58,926 nucleotides of DNA from Bacteroidaceae bacterium (GCA_963622445.1 CAVFHY010000002.1:1-58926); one strand, 5' to 3'. Counted from the stretch's first letter, positions 1 to 8,304 are shown. The notes: generated by a model not told the origin, from the letters alone. Made by a program: numbers and translations.

Positions 1-145
1 CCCCTTAAAATTTTATTTCTCCCGAACTTCCGTTTAGCAGTAACCATCCTTTCCGAAAGAACTCCGCCCCCCCCCAAAAAAAAAGTGTCAATTTTTACGA
101 TTTTGCACCTTGCCGCCGACTACCTCGTTCGGACAGAAAATGCCA

Positions 146-383
146 GGCAACCGCATCAAAATAGTAACATAACAAGCAGGAAATAGCACAATAGTCATCA
201 AAATAGCATTAAAATGCCATCAGAAAGACAAATTAGAGCATATCTATAGTTCGGGAAAGCCGATAACGACGCGAGCCGCGTCGTCTCCCAATCGCGTAGC
301 AAAGTCATCCGTTTAGCGCCAAACCGCTCATAGACAGGAGGAAATACATCTATAGAATACTACCTAATTTTGATGCGGTTGCC
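146..383. repeat. Perfect 17-bp inverted repeat pair bracketing a 204-bp non-coding segment
   Basis: GGCAACCGCATCAAAAT at 146-162 and its exact reverse complement ATTTTGATGCGGTTGCC at 367-383. The match extends two more bases with a 1-nt indel. No ORF lies inside. Confidence 0.9.
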
Positions 384-457
384 CTGCAATATATGGATTC
401 TTTTCCACAAAATAGAGAAAAATACACCGACTATTTTCGTATGTCATTTTTTTTGTG

Positions 458-465
458 TACTTTTG
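458..465 (+). promoter_or_regulatory. Candidate Bacteroidetes -7 promoter box TACTTTTG for the 545-2029 operon
   Basis: Matches TAnnTTTG about 80 nt upstream of the ATG at 545. It follows a T-rich stretch. Confidence 0.5.
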
Positions 466-480
466 TCCCCAGAAAGTGTG

Positions 481-530
481 GCAACACACGATAATTTCCA
501 CATAAGCAACACACGATAATTTCCACATAA
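481..530. repeat. Exact tandem duplication, 25 bp x 2 (GCAACACACGATAATTTCCACATAA)
   Basis: Positions 481-505 and 506-530 are identical. The repeat lies between the candidate -7 box and the start codon at 545, so it is probably in the 5' leader. Confidence 0.95.
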
Positions 531-544
531 CACTTTTCTATCTA

Positions 545-1498
545 ATGAAAACATATCGTTTCGTCCTCTCGTCGTTCTTGGCTGTAGCCCTCTTTGCTGC
601 CGGCTGTTCCGAATCTCCCGCCATTAAGAATCCAGGCGACAACAGCCACAATCAGGAAGGTATAACAACTCTCCCCGAACCAGAAAATATCGATATACCG
701 GATAGTACATTGACCGTAGCGCAAGCACGAAAGATATGTTCGCAGTTAGCAAGTGGCGCATCTACTACTGAAAAGTATTATGTAAAGGGGTGGATACAAA
801 GTCTTGACGAAGATAACGCTTCTGCGGTACAAAATTATGGCAATGCTATTTTTACATTGGCAGGTGTCAGCACGGGCGTATCTACACAGACTCTGATAGC
901 CTACCAAGTATATGGTAAGGACGGCAAGAAGATACAGACTGAAAAGGCTATTGCTGTAGGCGACTATGTAGTACTATACGGACAACTTACTAACTACAAA
1001 GGCACCTACGAGACCGTTGGAAGAGGTGCCGCTTATGTCTATTCCAGTACCAATGATGTATTCAATGGCAAGATTGATACTACGGTTATTACTCCCGACC
1101 CGGAGGGTGCGGATGTCCCTGCCGGTACACTTAATGTTTATCAAGCCAACGCCCTCTGCGATAGTCTGATAAGCACTTCCGGAAAGACTACCACCAACAA
1201 GTATTACATCAAAGGTTATGTGCGCAGTATAAATAGTGGAAATGAGGAGGCGATAAAGACTTATGGCAATGCGCTGTTTACCATTGCACCTACCAAGGAC
1301 GATTCTTCCTATTCGACATTCTACGCTTACCAAGTCTATGGTAAGAATGGTCAGAAGTTGACAAGCACCGAGCAAGTACAAGTAGGTGATTTTGTAGTAC
1401 TTTATGGTCAGTTGACCAATTATAGTGGTACTTATGAGACCGTAGGGCGTGGGGCTTCCTACATATACTATAGCACCAACGAACAATGGGCAAACTAA
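545..1498 (+). CDS. Surface lipoprotein with two tandem ~115-aa OB-fold-like repeats (function unknown)
   Basis: Lipoprotein signal MKTYRFVLSSFLAVALFAAG/C. Residues ~53-168 and ~190-311 are paralogous. Both carry KYY(V/I)KG, YGNA(I/L)FT, AYQVYGK(D/N)G and VGD(Y/F)VVLYGQLTNY.GTYETVGRGA. Confidence 0.85.
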   Translation: MKTYRFVLSSFLAVALFAAGCSESPAIKNPGDNSHNQEGITTLPEPENIDIPDSTLTVAQARKICSQLASGASTTEKYYVKGWIQSLDEDNASAVQNYGNAIFTLAGVSTGVSTQTLIAYQVYGKDGKKIQTEKAIAVGDYVVLYGQLTNYKGTYETVGRGAAYVYSSTNDVFNGKIDTTVITPDPEGADVPAGTLNVYQANALCDSLISTSGKTTTNKYYIKGYVRSINSGNEEAIKTYGNALFTIAPTKDDSSYSTFYAYQVYGKNGQKLTSTEQVQVGDFVVLYGQLTNYSGTYETVGRGASYIYYSTNEQWAN

Positions 1499-1552
1499 AT
1501 TCTATACATTCAATACATTCAAAACATTTTTAATTTAAAATTTCATTGTATT

Positions 1553-2029
1553 ATGAAGAAATTTTTGCTTGCAGTTGTAATGGCTGTTGTGAGTGTGGCA
1601 TTTGTGAATGCTCAACCTCGTGCTATCGGTGGTAACATCGGTTATGGTGTATCGTTCTCCTATCAGCACAACCTCGGTGCTGCCAATATGATTGATTTGG
1701 CAGTCGAACTTCCTGCGTTCTCCGGTATCGGTGCTACTTGTACTTACGATTGGATTGACCCGTTCGGTACACAAATTCCTTGGAACAACAAGGGTGAGTG
1801 GCACTGGAGTCTCGGCGTAGGTGCGGGTGCCGGTTTCCTTTGGGGTATTACCGGCGGTTATGCCGGTGTTGTTGGACACTGCGGCGTGGACTATGATTTC
1901 TGGTTCCCGCTCGAACTCTCTGTAGATTGGCGTCCGAATGTAGGTGCTTGGTTCGATGGAGGCGGAGCAGGCTTCTACGGAGCAGGTCTCTACTCCGGTA
2001 TCACCATTGGTGTCCGCTACAAATTCTAA
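1553..2029 (+). CDS. Small outer-membrane beta-barrel protein (OmpW/OMP_b-brl-like)
   Basis: Signal peptide MKKFLLAVVMAVVSVAFVNA/Q. Gly/aromatic-rich alternating pattern. C-terminal ...GVRYKF with a terminal Phe, typical of OMPs. 54 nt downstream of the lipoprotein gene. Confidence 0.8.
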   Translation: MKKFLLAVVMAVVSVAFVNAQPRAIGGNIGYGVSFSYQHNLGAANMIDLAVELPAFSGIGATCTYDWIDPFGTQIPWNNKGEWHWSLGVGAGAGFLWGITGGYAGVVGHCGVDYDFWFPLELSVDWRPNVGAWFDGGGAGFYGAGLYSGITIGVRYKF

Positions 2030-2051
2030 ACGCCGTATCGCATACAGCGAC

Positions 2052-2085
2052 AGAAGGTTGCCCACCGTGGGCAACCTTCTTTTTA
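2052..2085 (+). terminator. Rho-independent terminator after the OMP gene
   Basis: AGAAGGTTGCCC-ACCGT-GGGCAACCTTCT forms a perfect 12-bp stem and is followed by TTTTT. Confidence 0.85.
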
Positions 2086-2317
2086 TGTACATACTTGGCT
2101 ACATAGTTTGCTACAAACCTTGCCACATTCTGTCCTCCACAGCGTATGTAAGCACTGACAATAGCCCTACTGCGGCATAGAGCAAGCAACAAGCAAAATT
2201 GCGGCATAGAGCAAGCAGAAAATACAGAAAACTGCGTAATCCACGCCGCAGTTTATTGCACAATTCAAAAATAAGTGGTACTTTTGCAGCGGATAGCGAT
2301 TAAAAACAAACACGCCT

Positions 2318-3013
2318 ATGCACCCAATAGAACCGGCTATGCTGCAACTGCAGCAAACGATGCAGCGGCTCTAAGGCACAAAGAACATCCGCTTTGTGCA
2401 TTACTTATACAGCCAAATTAACTGGGAGGGACGGCTCATTGCTATTCTCGGTGCACGCGGTGTGGGCAAGTCTACAATACTACTACACATTCTGCTCACA
2501 GGCAAAGAGAACACCCTACTATATAACGGCAGATGATTGTTACTTCTCGCAACACCGCCTCTTCGACATGGCATTGGCGTTCTATCAGCAAGGCGGCAAG
2601 CGGCTGCTGATAGACGAAATACACAAATATCACGGTTGGTCGAACGAGATAAAGCATATCTACGCCCCAATCCCTCAATTGCAATTAATATACACAGGCT
2701 TCCTCCATACTCGATTTGGAACGGGGCGGAGCAGACATCAGTCGCCGTAAGTCGGAGTACCACCTTGCCCCTCTCTCGTTCCGTGAATGGCTTATAATAA
2801 GAGAAGGGTGGCAGTGGACAGCGGATGTATATCCTTGCGCAATCGGTACCTTTTAAGCCGAACTTCCGTGCACTGGAACGCAACCTCGGCATGAACCGCA
2901 ACACACTGTTACGATATCTTGCAGAGCATACAAGAGGGCTATGTGGTCCGTGATGATATTGAGTACGCCACTGGGCATATCCTCCCGCTCTGGATGTTCG
3001 GACTGCTCTATTA
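2318..3013 (+). pseudogene. Decayed AAA+ ATPase gene (ATP-binding protein family with Walker A GARGVGKST)
   Basis: The Walker A segment (EGRLIAILGARGVGKSTILLHILL) is in one frame. The following LLIDEIHKYHGWSNEIKHIYAPIPQLQLIYTG is in a second frame. SSILDLERGGADISRRKSEYHLAPLSFREWL is in a third. There is an in-frame TAA after the first ~17 codons. The family-typical C-terminal tail (...HILPLWMFGLLY*) ends at 3013. A TACTTTTG box sits at 2279-2286. Confidence 0.75.
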
Positions 3014-3059
3014 GTTTCTACAGAAACAATTATTCACACAGAATCAAATACAAAACAAC

Positions 3060-4439
3060 ATGACAGATACTTTTCTACTGCCTGGGCGTATTTGCGCTAC
3101 GGAGGAGATACACCAAATTGCCCAAACGGCTGCTGCGCCTTACATTTTGATACAGATTAAGCCCGAGATAGATTGGGTGTATCGTGCGGAGGAGCGCATG
3201 GTGCAAGTGTTGGAGCAGACGGGAGCGACGATGGTCTATGCCGACCGCTTTCAGTCTATCGGCGGGAATACTACCGAAGCACCCGTGATTGACTATCAGC
3301 AGGGGGCACTGCGGGACGATTTCGATTTCGGTAGCGTCATGCTCTGGCGCACCGACCGACTGAAAGCCCTCGTGGCAGCCATGGACACCGACTACCAATA
3401 CGCAGGGCTATACGACTTGCGATTGCGTGCCACAGAGGGCGGTACGGGCGACTGCGGACTCGTACATATCCCCGAATACCTCTACTACGAGATAGAAACC
3501 GACACCCGCAAGTCGGGCGAGAAACTGTTCGACTATGTAGACCCTCGCAACCGTGGCGTACAGATAGAGATGGAAAAGTGCGTTACAGCACACCTACGCC
3601 GCATCGGGGCGTACCTGCAGCCGTTGCAGTATAAAAACCTTGGCGGGTTTACACCAATGGAGAACAGCACGACGGCAAGCGTCATCATCCCTTGCCGCAA
3701 CCGAGTACGCACCGTGCGGGATGCTATCCGCAGTGCGCTTTCGCAAGAGGTGCGTGCGCCTTATACCTATAATGTGTTTATTGTGGACGACAACTCGACA
3801 GACGGCACGCAGGAAGTAATCAAAGAATTAGTTGCCGACAATCACCGGCTGCGAGAGCAGCACCCGAACATCCCCGAACTGATATACATTGCGCAGGACA
3901 AGTCGTGGCACGCCATCGGTGGCAACTGGAACAAGGCAATCCACGACCCCCGCTGCGGGAAATACGCCATTCAGTTGGACTCGGACGACACCTACCATGA
4001 CCAAACGACAGTGCAGCGGTTCATTGACACATTCGAAGCGGGGCAATATGGTATGGTGATTGGCACCTATCAGATGACCGATATAGAGGGCAACCCGCTG
4101 CCGCCGGGCGTGATAGACCACCGTGAATGGACTGAAGAGAACGGGCGAAACAACGCATTGCGTATCAATGGCTTAGGTGCTCCTCGTGCGTTCTATGTAC
4201 CGCTGTTGCGCACGATAGATTTCCCCACTACCAAGTACGGAGAGGACTATGCGGTCGGGTTGCGTATCTCGCGCGACTACCCCATCGGTCGTATCTACGA
4301 TGTAGTCTACAACTGCCGCCGCTGGGAAGACAACTCCGACGCTAACTGCGACATTCCTGCTATGAACCGCAACAACTGGTACAAAGACCGCCTGCGCACT
4401 TGGGAGTTACAGGCACGACTCACGCAAATACATAAGTAA
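3060..4439 (+). CDS. Glycosyltransferase family 2 with an extra N-terminal GT-A-like domain
   Basis: C-terminal half: [40 protein letters not shown] (GT2 DxD region). No signal peptide or TM segment seen. Confidence 0.85.
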   Translation: MTDTFLLPGRICATEEIHQIAQTAAAPYILIQIKPEIDWVYRAEERMVQVLEQTGATMVYADRFQSIGGNTTEAPVIDYQQGALRDDFDFGSVMLWRTDRLKALVAAMDTDYQYAGLYDLRLRATEGGTGDCGLVHIPEYLYYEIETDTRKSGEKLFDYVDPRNRGVQIEMEKCVTAHLRRIGAYLQPLQYKNLGGFTPMENSTTASVIIPCRNRVRTVRDAIRSALSQEVRAPYTYNVFIVDDNSTDGTQEVIKELVADNHRLREQHPNIPELIYIAQDKSWHAIGGNWNKAIHDPRCGKYAIQLDSDDTYHDQTTVQRFIDTFEAGQYGMVIGTYQMTDIEGNPLPPGVIDHREWTEENGRNNALRINGLGAPRAFYVPLLRTIDFPTTKYGEDYAVGLRISRDYPIGRIYDVVYNCRRWEDNSDANCDIPAMNRNNWYKDRLRTWELQARLTQIHK

Positions 4440-4450
4440 TACATTGATAT

Positions 4451-5551
4451 ATGCAGATTCGTGTTGGGGTGCTGACTGCCCCGCATATTGACTACGAGCA
4501 ACAAGAACACGGTTTTTTGTTGCATAATGTGCGTATCGGAATTGGCTTCCATTGGGATAGACTCGAAGACCAAGAGTTTGAGGGGCGACTCGAGATAGTG
4601 CAGAATGCGGACGGGACGCAGACAGCCGTCAATGTGCTGGACTTGGAGGACTACCTCACTTCTGTCATATCCTCCGAGATGTCTGCAGACAGTCCTCTCG
4701 AATTGCTCAAAGCCCACGCCGTTATCTCCCGCACTTGGGCAATGAACATCCTGCTCGGGCGCAACCGTACGGGGCACGAAGGCTACGATGTCTGCGGGGA
4801 TGACCACTGCCAGCGTTACGAAGGAACTCGCCGCCGCAATCCCCGTGCCATAGAGGCCGTGCGGGCAACCGAAGGGCTGGTACTGACCTACATGGGCGAG
4901 ATTTGCGACACCCGCTACCACAAGTGCTGCGGAGGCAAGACCGAGCAGTTTGCCACCTGTTGGGAGGATGTTGAGGTGCCGTATCTTACATCGGTAGACT
5001 GCCCTTATTGCGGTCGGGCTGTTGGCAACTCACGCCTGCTTCGTCTGGTGCTGAACAACTACGACCAAGAGACGCAGGACTTCCACGACTGGGAAGTGCG
5101 CTACTCGCAGGCGGAGTTGGCGGACATCATCCGCACCAAGTCGGGCCAGGACTTCGGTGAGATAGTGGCGTTGCATCCTCTTTTGCGGGGCGCAAGCGGG
5201 CGTATCTATTCGCTCGAGATAGTCGGGACTCGGCGGACGGAAACTATCGGCAAGGAACTCACTATCCGCTATTGGCTCAGCCGCAGTTGCCTCTATTCCT
5301 CGTGGTTCGAGGTAGAAACGCTGTACGAAGACAACACAGGGCCCTTGGAACAAAGCAGGGATGTGTCATGCCAAGTTCCCCAATCTATTCCTTCTGCGTT
5401 TGTCCTGCGTGGTCACGGCTGGGGGCATGGCGTAGGACTATGTCAAATAGGGGCTGCCGAAATGGCGGCTGAGGGAGCATCGTACGAAGAGATTCTGACG
5501 CACTACTATCCGCACACGAAAGAACTACCCAACTCCGTATGCAGGCAATAA
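4451..5551 (+). CDS. SpoIID/LytB domain protein
   Basis: SSEMSADSPLELLKAHAVISRTW, CGDDHCQRYEG, ATEGLVLTY, YHKCCGGKTE, GHGWGHGVGLCQIGAAEMA. The gene starts 11 nt after the GT2 stop. An in-frame TGA at 4445-4447 rules out a longer N-terminus. Confidence 0.85.
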   Translation: MQIRVGVLTAPHIDYEQQEHGFLLHNVRIGIGFHWDRLEDQEFEGRLEIVQNADGTQTAVNVLDLEDYLTSVISSEMSADSPLELLKAHAVISRTWAMNILLGRNRTGHEGYDVCGDDHCQRYEGTRRRNPRAIEAVRATEGLVLTYMGEICDTRYHKCCGGKTEQFATCWEDVEVPYLTSVDCPYCGRAVGNSRLLRLVLNNYDQETQDFHDWEVRYSQAELADIIRTKSGQDFGEIVALHPLLRGASGRIYSLEIVGTRRTETIGKELTIRYWLSRSCLYSSWFEVETLYEDNTGPLEQSRDVSCQVPQSIPSAFVLRGHGWGHGVGLCQIGAAEMAAEGASYEEILTHYYPHTKELPNSVCRQ

Positions 5552-5641
5552 GACTGCCTATCTTGGCACTGTTTTGCCTTTTCGATATGGATTTATTACA
5601 CGGAAAAATCGTATACATTTGTGTATATGCGGGAATTGTCG

Positions 5642-5649
5642 TACCTTTG
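5642..5649 (+). promoter_or_regulatory. Candidate -7 box TACCTTTG upstream of tmRNA
   Basis: TAnnTTTG match ~80 nt upstream of the mature tmRNA 5' end. Confidence 0.4.
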
Positions 5650-5729
5650 CGGTGCTTTTCGTACCAGACAAAGCAGTTCGGACGGATAATCCGCTTGGCA
5701 AAAAGCTGCCGCGAGGCTACACCAAGAAC

Positions 5730-6121
5730 GGGGCTATTTGGTTTTGACAGCAGGTAGAATGGGTATGTAAGCACGCCGAGCCCTGCAGAGACGCTCGTAA
5801 ATATCGTCTGCGAACTATAACTGACAACAACACTGTTGCTCTCGCTGCCTAACCGAAGTATAGTAGGTTACTTTATTCGGGCACAAGGTGCCTGAACGAG
5901 ACATCGCTCCAAGCCGAGTCTGTAGGCTGATAGGATCAAGCGGTGCGGAAATATACAGAATAGCCTTGTCGGGCTGCGACGACGGGGCGAAACACAAAGC
6001 AGATAAGCCTGCGGTTGGTGGCTTGGGTCTTGCCGCAGGACGAAAATGAAGGCCAAGATAAGCGTGTAGAAAGCGTAAACTTTCCTTGTTTGGACGCGGG
6101 TTCGAATCCCGCTAGCTCCAC
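5730..6121 (+). ncRNA. ssrA: tmRNA (SsrA)
   Basis: The 5' GGGGCTATTTGGTTTTGACAGC pairs with the 3' tRNA-like end GGACGCGGGTTCGAATCCCGCTAGCTCCA. The internal tag reading frame ends ...GAC AAC AAC ACT GTT GCT CTC GCT GCC TAA (...DNNTVALAA*), with the stop at 5850-5852. CCA is not fully encoded. End coordinates are good to a few nt. Confidence 0.9.
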
Positions 6122-6169
6122 AGACAACATAGGACGCACCAACAAATATGGTGCGTCCTATGTTGTCTG
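6121..6169 (+). terminator. 20-bp perfect hairpin abutting the tmRNA 3' end
   Basis: CAGACAACATAGGACGCACC (6121-6140), a 9-nt loop, then GGTGCGTCCTATGTTGTCTG (6150-6169). There is no T-tract. Confidence 0.6.
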
Positions 6170-6252
6170 ATAGACCGCCTGCTGTTATCAGACCGCTTGC
6201 GTTATCGGAAACCAGAACACCCTTTGGGGCTGTCAGAGTCGGATGTTAGGGA

Positions 6253-6960
6253 TTAAAAGTTCGAGGCTTGATGAAGAACGAAAGAACGATAGTAAGCGAT
6301 GACACGCTCTGCCATAAGGGCATGCCCTGCTTCCGATGGGTGGATACCATCGGCACAGATATACTGCGTATAGTCCTTATTGTCCAGGAAAGGCGTCGTA
6401 ATATCGATGATAGGAACCTGCTGCTCGATGGCAATACGATAGACCTCCATATTGTACATATCGTGGTAGTTACGAATACGCTCCAACTGACCACCTAACC
6501 ACGAGAGGATATGCGCACGCTCAACCGAAGACATGGTGCGGGTGGTATAGTCGAAGAAACGCTGTCCGTCCATCAAAGGAAGGCTGAGCATCACAGGTTG
6601 GCTGCCGAGTTCGCGCACACGCCGAATCATCTGCGTATAGAGCGCACGGAACTGCAGAAGCCCCGTCTTGGGAAAGTGTTTCTCTTCGGGCGTCTCGGCT
6701 ATCTCATTCCAAAAGAAATCGGAATCGTTACCTCCATACTCCAAGAGCGTAAAGTCTGCCGCTGCAACTGCGTCTTTGCGTTGCTCAAGTATCTGTACAC
6801 CACGGGCAATGGTACACCCCATCTTACTGAAATTCTGTACCGTAAGATCGAGAACTGAAGCACTCTGCTCCAAAAAACCTTGCTCCAGAATAGCATAGCG
6901 CTCGTCGCGCAAGACTATGCCGCGGGAGATAGAGTCTCCCAATACAACTACCTTTTTCAT
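6253..6960 (-). CDS. SGNH/GDSL-family hydrolase
   Basis: MKKVVVLGDSISRG (block I Ser), EYGGNDSD (block III) and DGIHPSEAGH (block V). The ORF track begins at 6990, but the Met at 6960 directly precedes the GDS block and fits the family better. Confidence 0.85.
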   Translation of the reverse strand: MKKVVVLGDSISRGIVLRDERYAILEQGFLEQSASVLDLTVQNFSKMGCTIARGVQILEQRKDAVAAADFTLLEYGGNDSDFFWNEIAETPEEKHFPKTGLLQFRALYTQMIRRVRELGSQPVMLSLPLMDGQRFFDYTTRTMSSVERAHILSWLGGQLERIRNYHDMYNMEVYRIAIEQQVPIIDITTPFLDNKDYTQYICADGIHPSEAGHALMAERVIAYYRSFVLHQASNF

Positions 6961-6964
6961 ACCT

Positions 6965-7159
6965 TTACTTATTTGGCTGATTGCATCCATATATTCGTTT
7001 CATTTTATCGTGGAGAATAACCCGTTTGCGGTTGATTACAATGGAAATGCCCGCTCTGTCATCCACATCCTTGTGGGCTACACGAGAGGGGATTTCGATT
7101 TCGGGTGCAAAAGTACAGCGAACGGGATGATACGGCAAAGAATAGTGACTAAATGGCAT
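6965..7159 (-). CDS. Possible small hypothetical protein (64 aa) upstream of the SGNH gene
   Basis: Its stop lies 4 nt before the preferred SGNH start, a coupling-like layout. I recognise no family, so it could be spurious. Confidence 0.3.
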   Translation of the reverse strand: MPFSHYSLPYHPVRCTFAPEIEIPSRVAHKDVDDRAGISIVINRKRVILHDKMKRIYGCNQPNK

Positions 7160-7258
7160 AATTCTTGATAGAATACAGGCAAAAGAGGACTAAAACGTAA
7201 ATAATGTGACGAAATCAGTGAGTTTCTGCTTTCGTCACACCAGCGATATTGACGAAAA

Positions 7259-8056
7259 ATGCAACGAATTCCGACTACTATACTGAGCCTGACGGCACTC
7301 TTTCTGCACTTGCTGGCGATACCGGCATTCTTCCTCTGCTTTATCCTGCTCTACCACTCGGAATGGATGGTGGATTTCCTCGGTATGGGGCAAGATATGC
7401 TGGTCTTCAACACGCTGATGCTGATGTGTATCATGATAGGTGTACTCTGCGGCTCACGCATACCGATGACGGTATGCAGGAAACACCTGCGGCTGCCGTG
7501 GGTGTTCTATATCCTCTGGAGCCTGGCAGAAGTGGTGGTAATGGCACTCTTCATGGCACTCTACATGACGCTGATGTACAAAGGACAATACCACTATTTC
7601 CCCGTAGCAGGGCGATGCATGCTGCTGTTGCTCGCTACGGTCAGTTATCCGTACACCATTATCAACCTGCTGATGTGTGCGACCCCAAAGGCAGAACTGC
7701 CCGCAGCGGAGGAGAACCTCATGCGCTTCTACGACAGCACACAACGACTGAAATTGGTAATTGCCGCTGATGCCATTCTCTACATTCAGGCAGACGAGAA
7801 CTACATCCATATACACTATATGGAGAGCGACAGCCATAAAAAGTATGCGCTGCGGAACTCAATGCGCTCGGTAGAAGAGGGATTGCAGCAACACGGGATA
7901 GTACGCTGCCAACGGTCGTACTTTGTTAACCCGAAGCACATCAAAGTGTTACGGCGGGACAAGGAGGGAGTAATCGTAGCCGAACTCGATACGCCCGACA
8001 TCAAGCCTGTCCCCGTCTCGCCACGCTTCTATCAAGCACTCAACGAACGACTGTAA
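7259..8056 (+). CDS. Membrane-anchored LytTR-domain DNA-binding protein (no receiver domain)
   Basis: Four or five N-terminal hydrophobic helices. C-terminal LytTR signature: LKLVIAADAILYIQADENYIHIHY...YALRNSMRSVEEGL...GIVRCQRSYFVNPKHIKVL. Confidence 0.85.
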   Translation: MQRIPTTILSLTALFLHLLAIPAFFLCFILLYHSEWMVDFLGMGQDMLVFNTLMLMCIMIGVLCGSRIPMTVCRKHLRLPWVFYILWSLAEVVVMALFMALYMTLMYKGQYHYFPVAGRCMLLLLATVSYPYTIINLLMCATPKAELPAAEENLMRFYDSTQRLKLVIAADAILYIQADENYIHIHYMESDSHKKYALRNSMRSVEEGLQQHGIVRCQRSYFVNPKHIKVLRRDKEGVIVAELDTPDIKPVPVSPRFYQALNERL

Positions 8057-8081
8057 AGTCTTCCTTTCGTTCGCACAGTTT

Positions 8082-8115
8082 ACGCCCCGTTTCCTGAGAA
8101 GCGGGGCGTATTTTA
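8082..8115 (+). terminator. Rho-independent terminator after the LytTR gene
   Basis: ACGCCCCG-TTTCCTGAGAAG-CGGGGCGT followed by ATTTT. Confidence 0.85.
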
Positions 8116-8304
8116 TGCTTATTCATAGGGAATTCAGAGGAGAATCACATACACTTAACCGCTTAAGAGTGGCATCTTGGCAATTATGAATTACGAATGA
8201 TGATTTTCCCCGTAGTAGACACAATAATGCGTACGATACACAATGACCATTCAGGGTGGATAAGGGAGTTGGCATTGCGACTTGCGTATGTCGGGGAAAA
8301 GATG

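Noticed and set aside
5815-6145. Three 60-69-aa minus-strand ORFs
   Set aside because: They lie inside the tmRNA gene.
7249-7770. 173-aa alternative-frame ORF overlapping the LytTR gene
   Set aside because: The 7259 frame yields coherent TM helices and a full LytTR domain. The alternative frame has neither.
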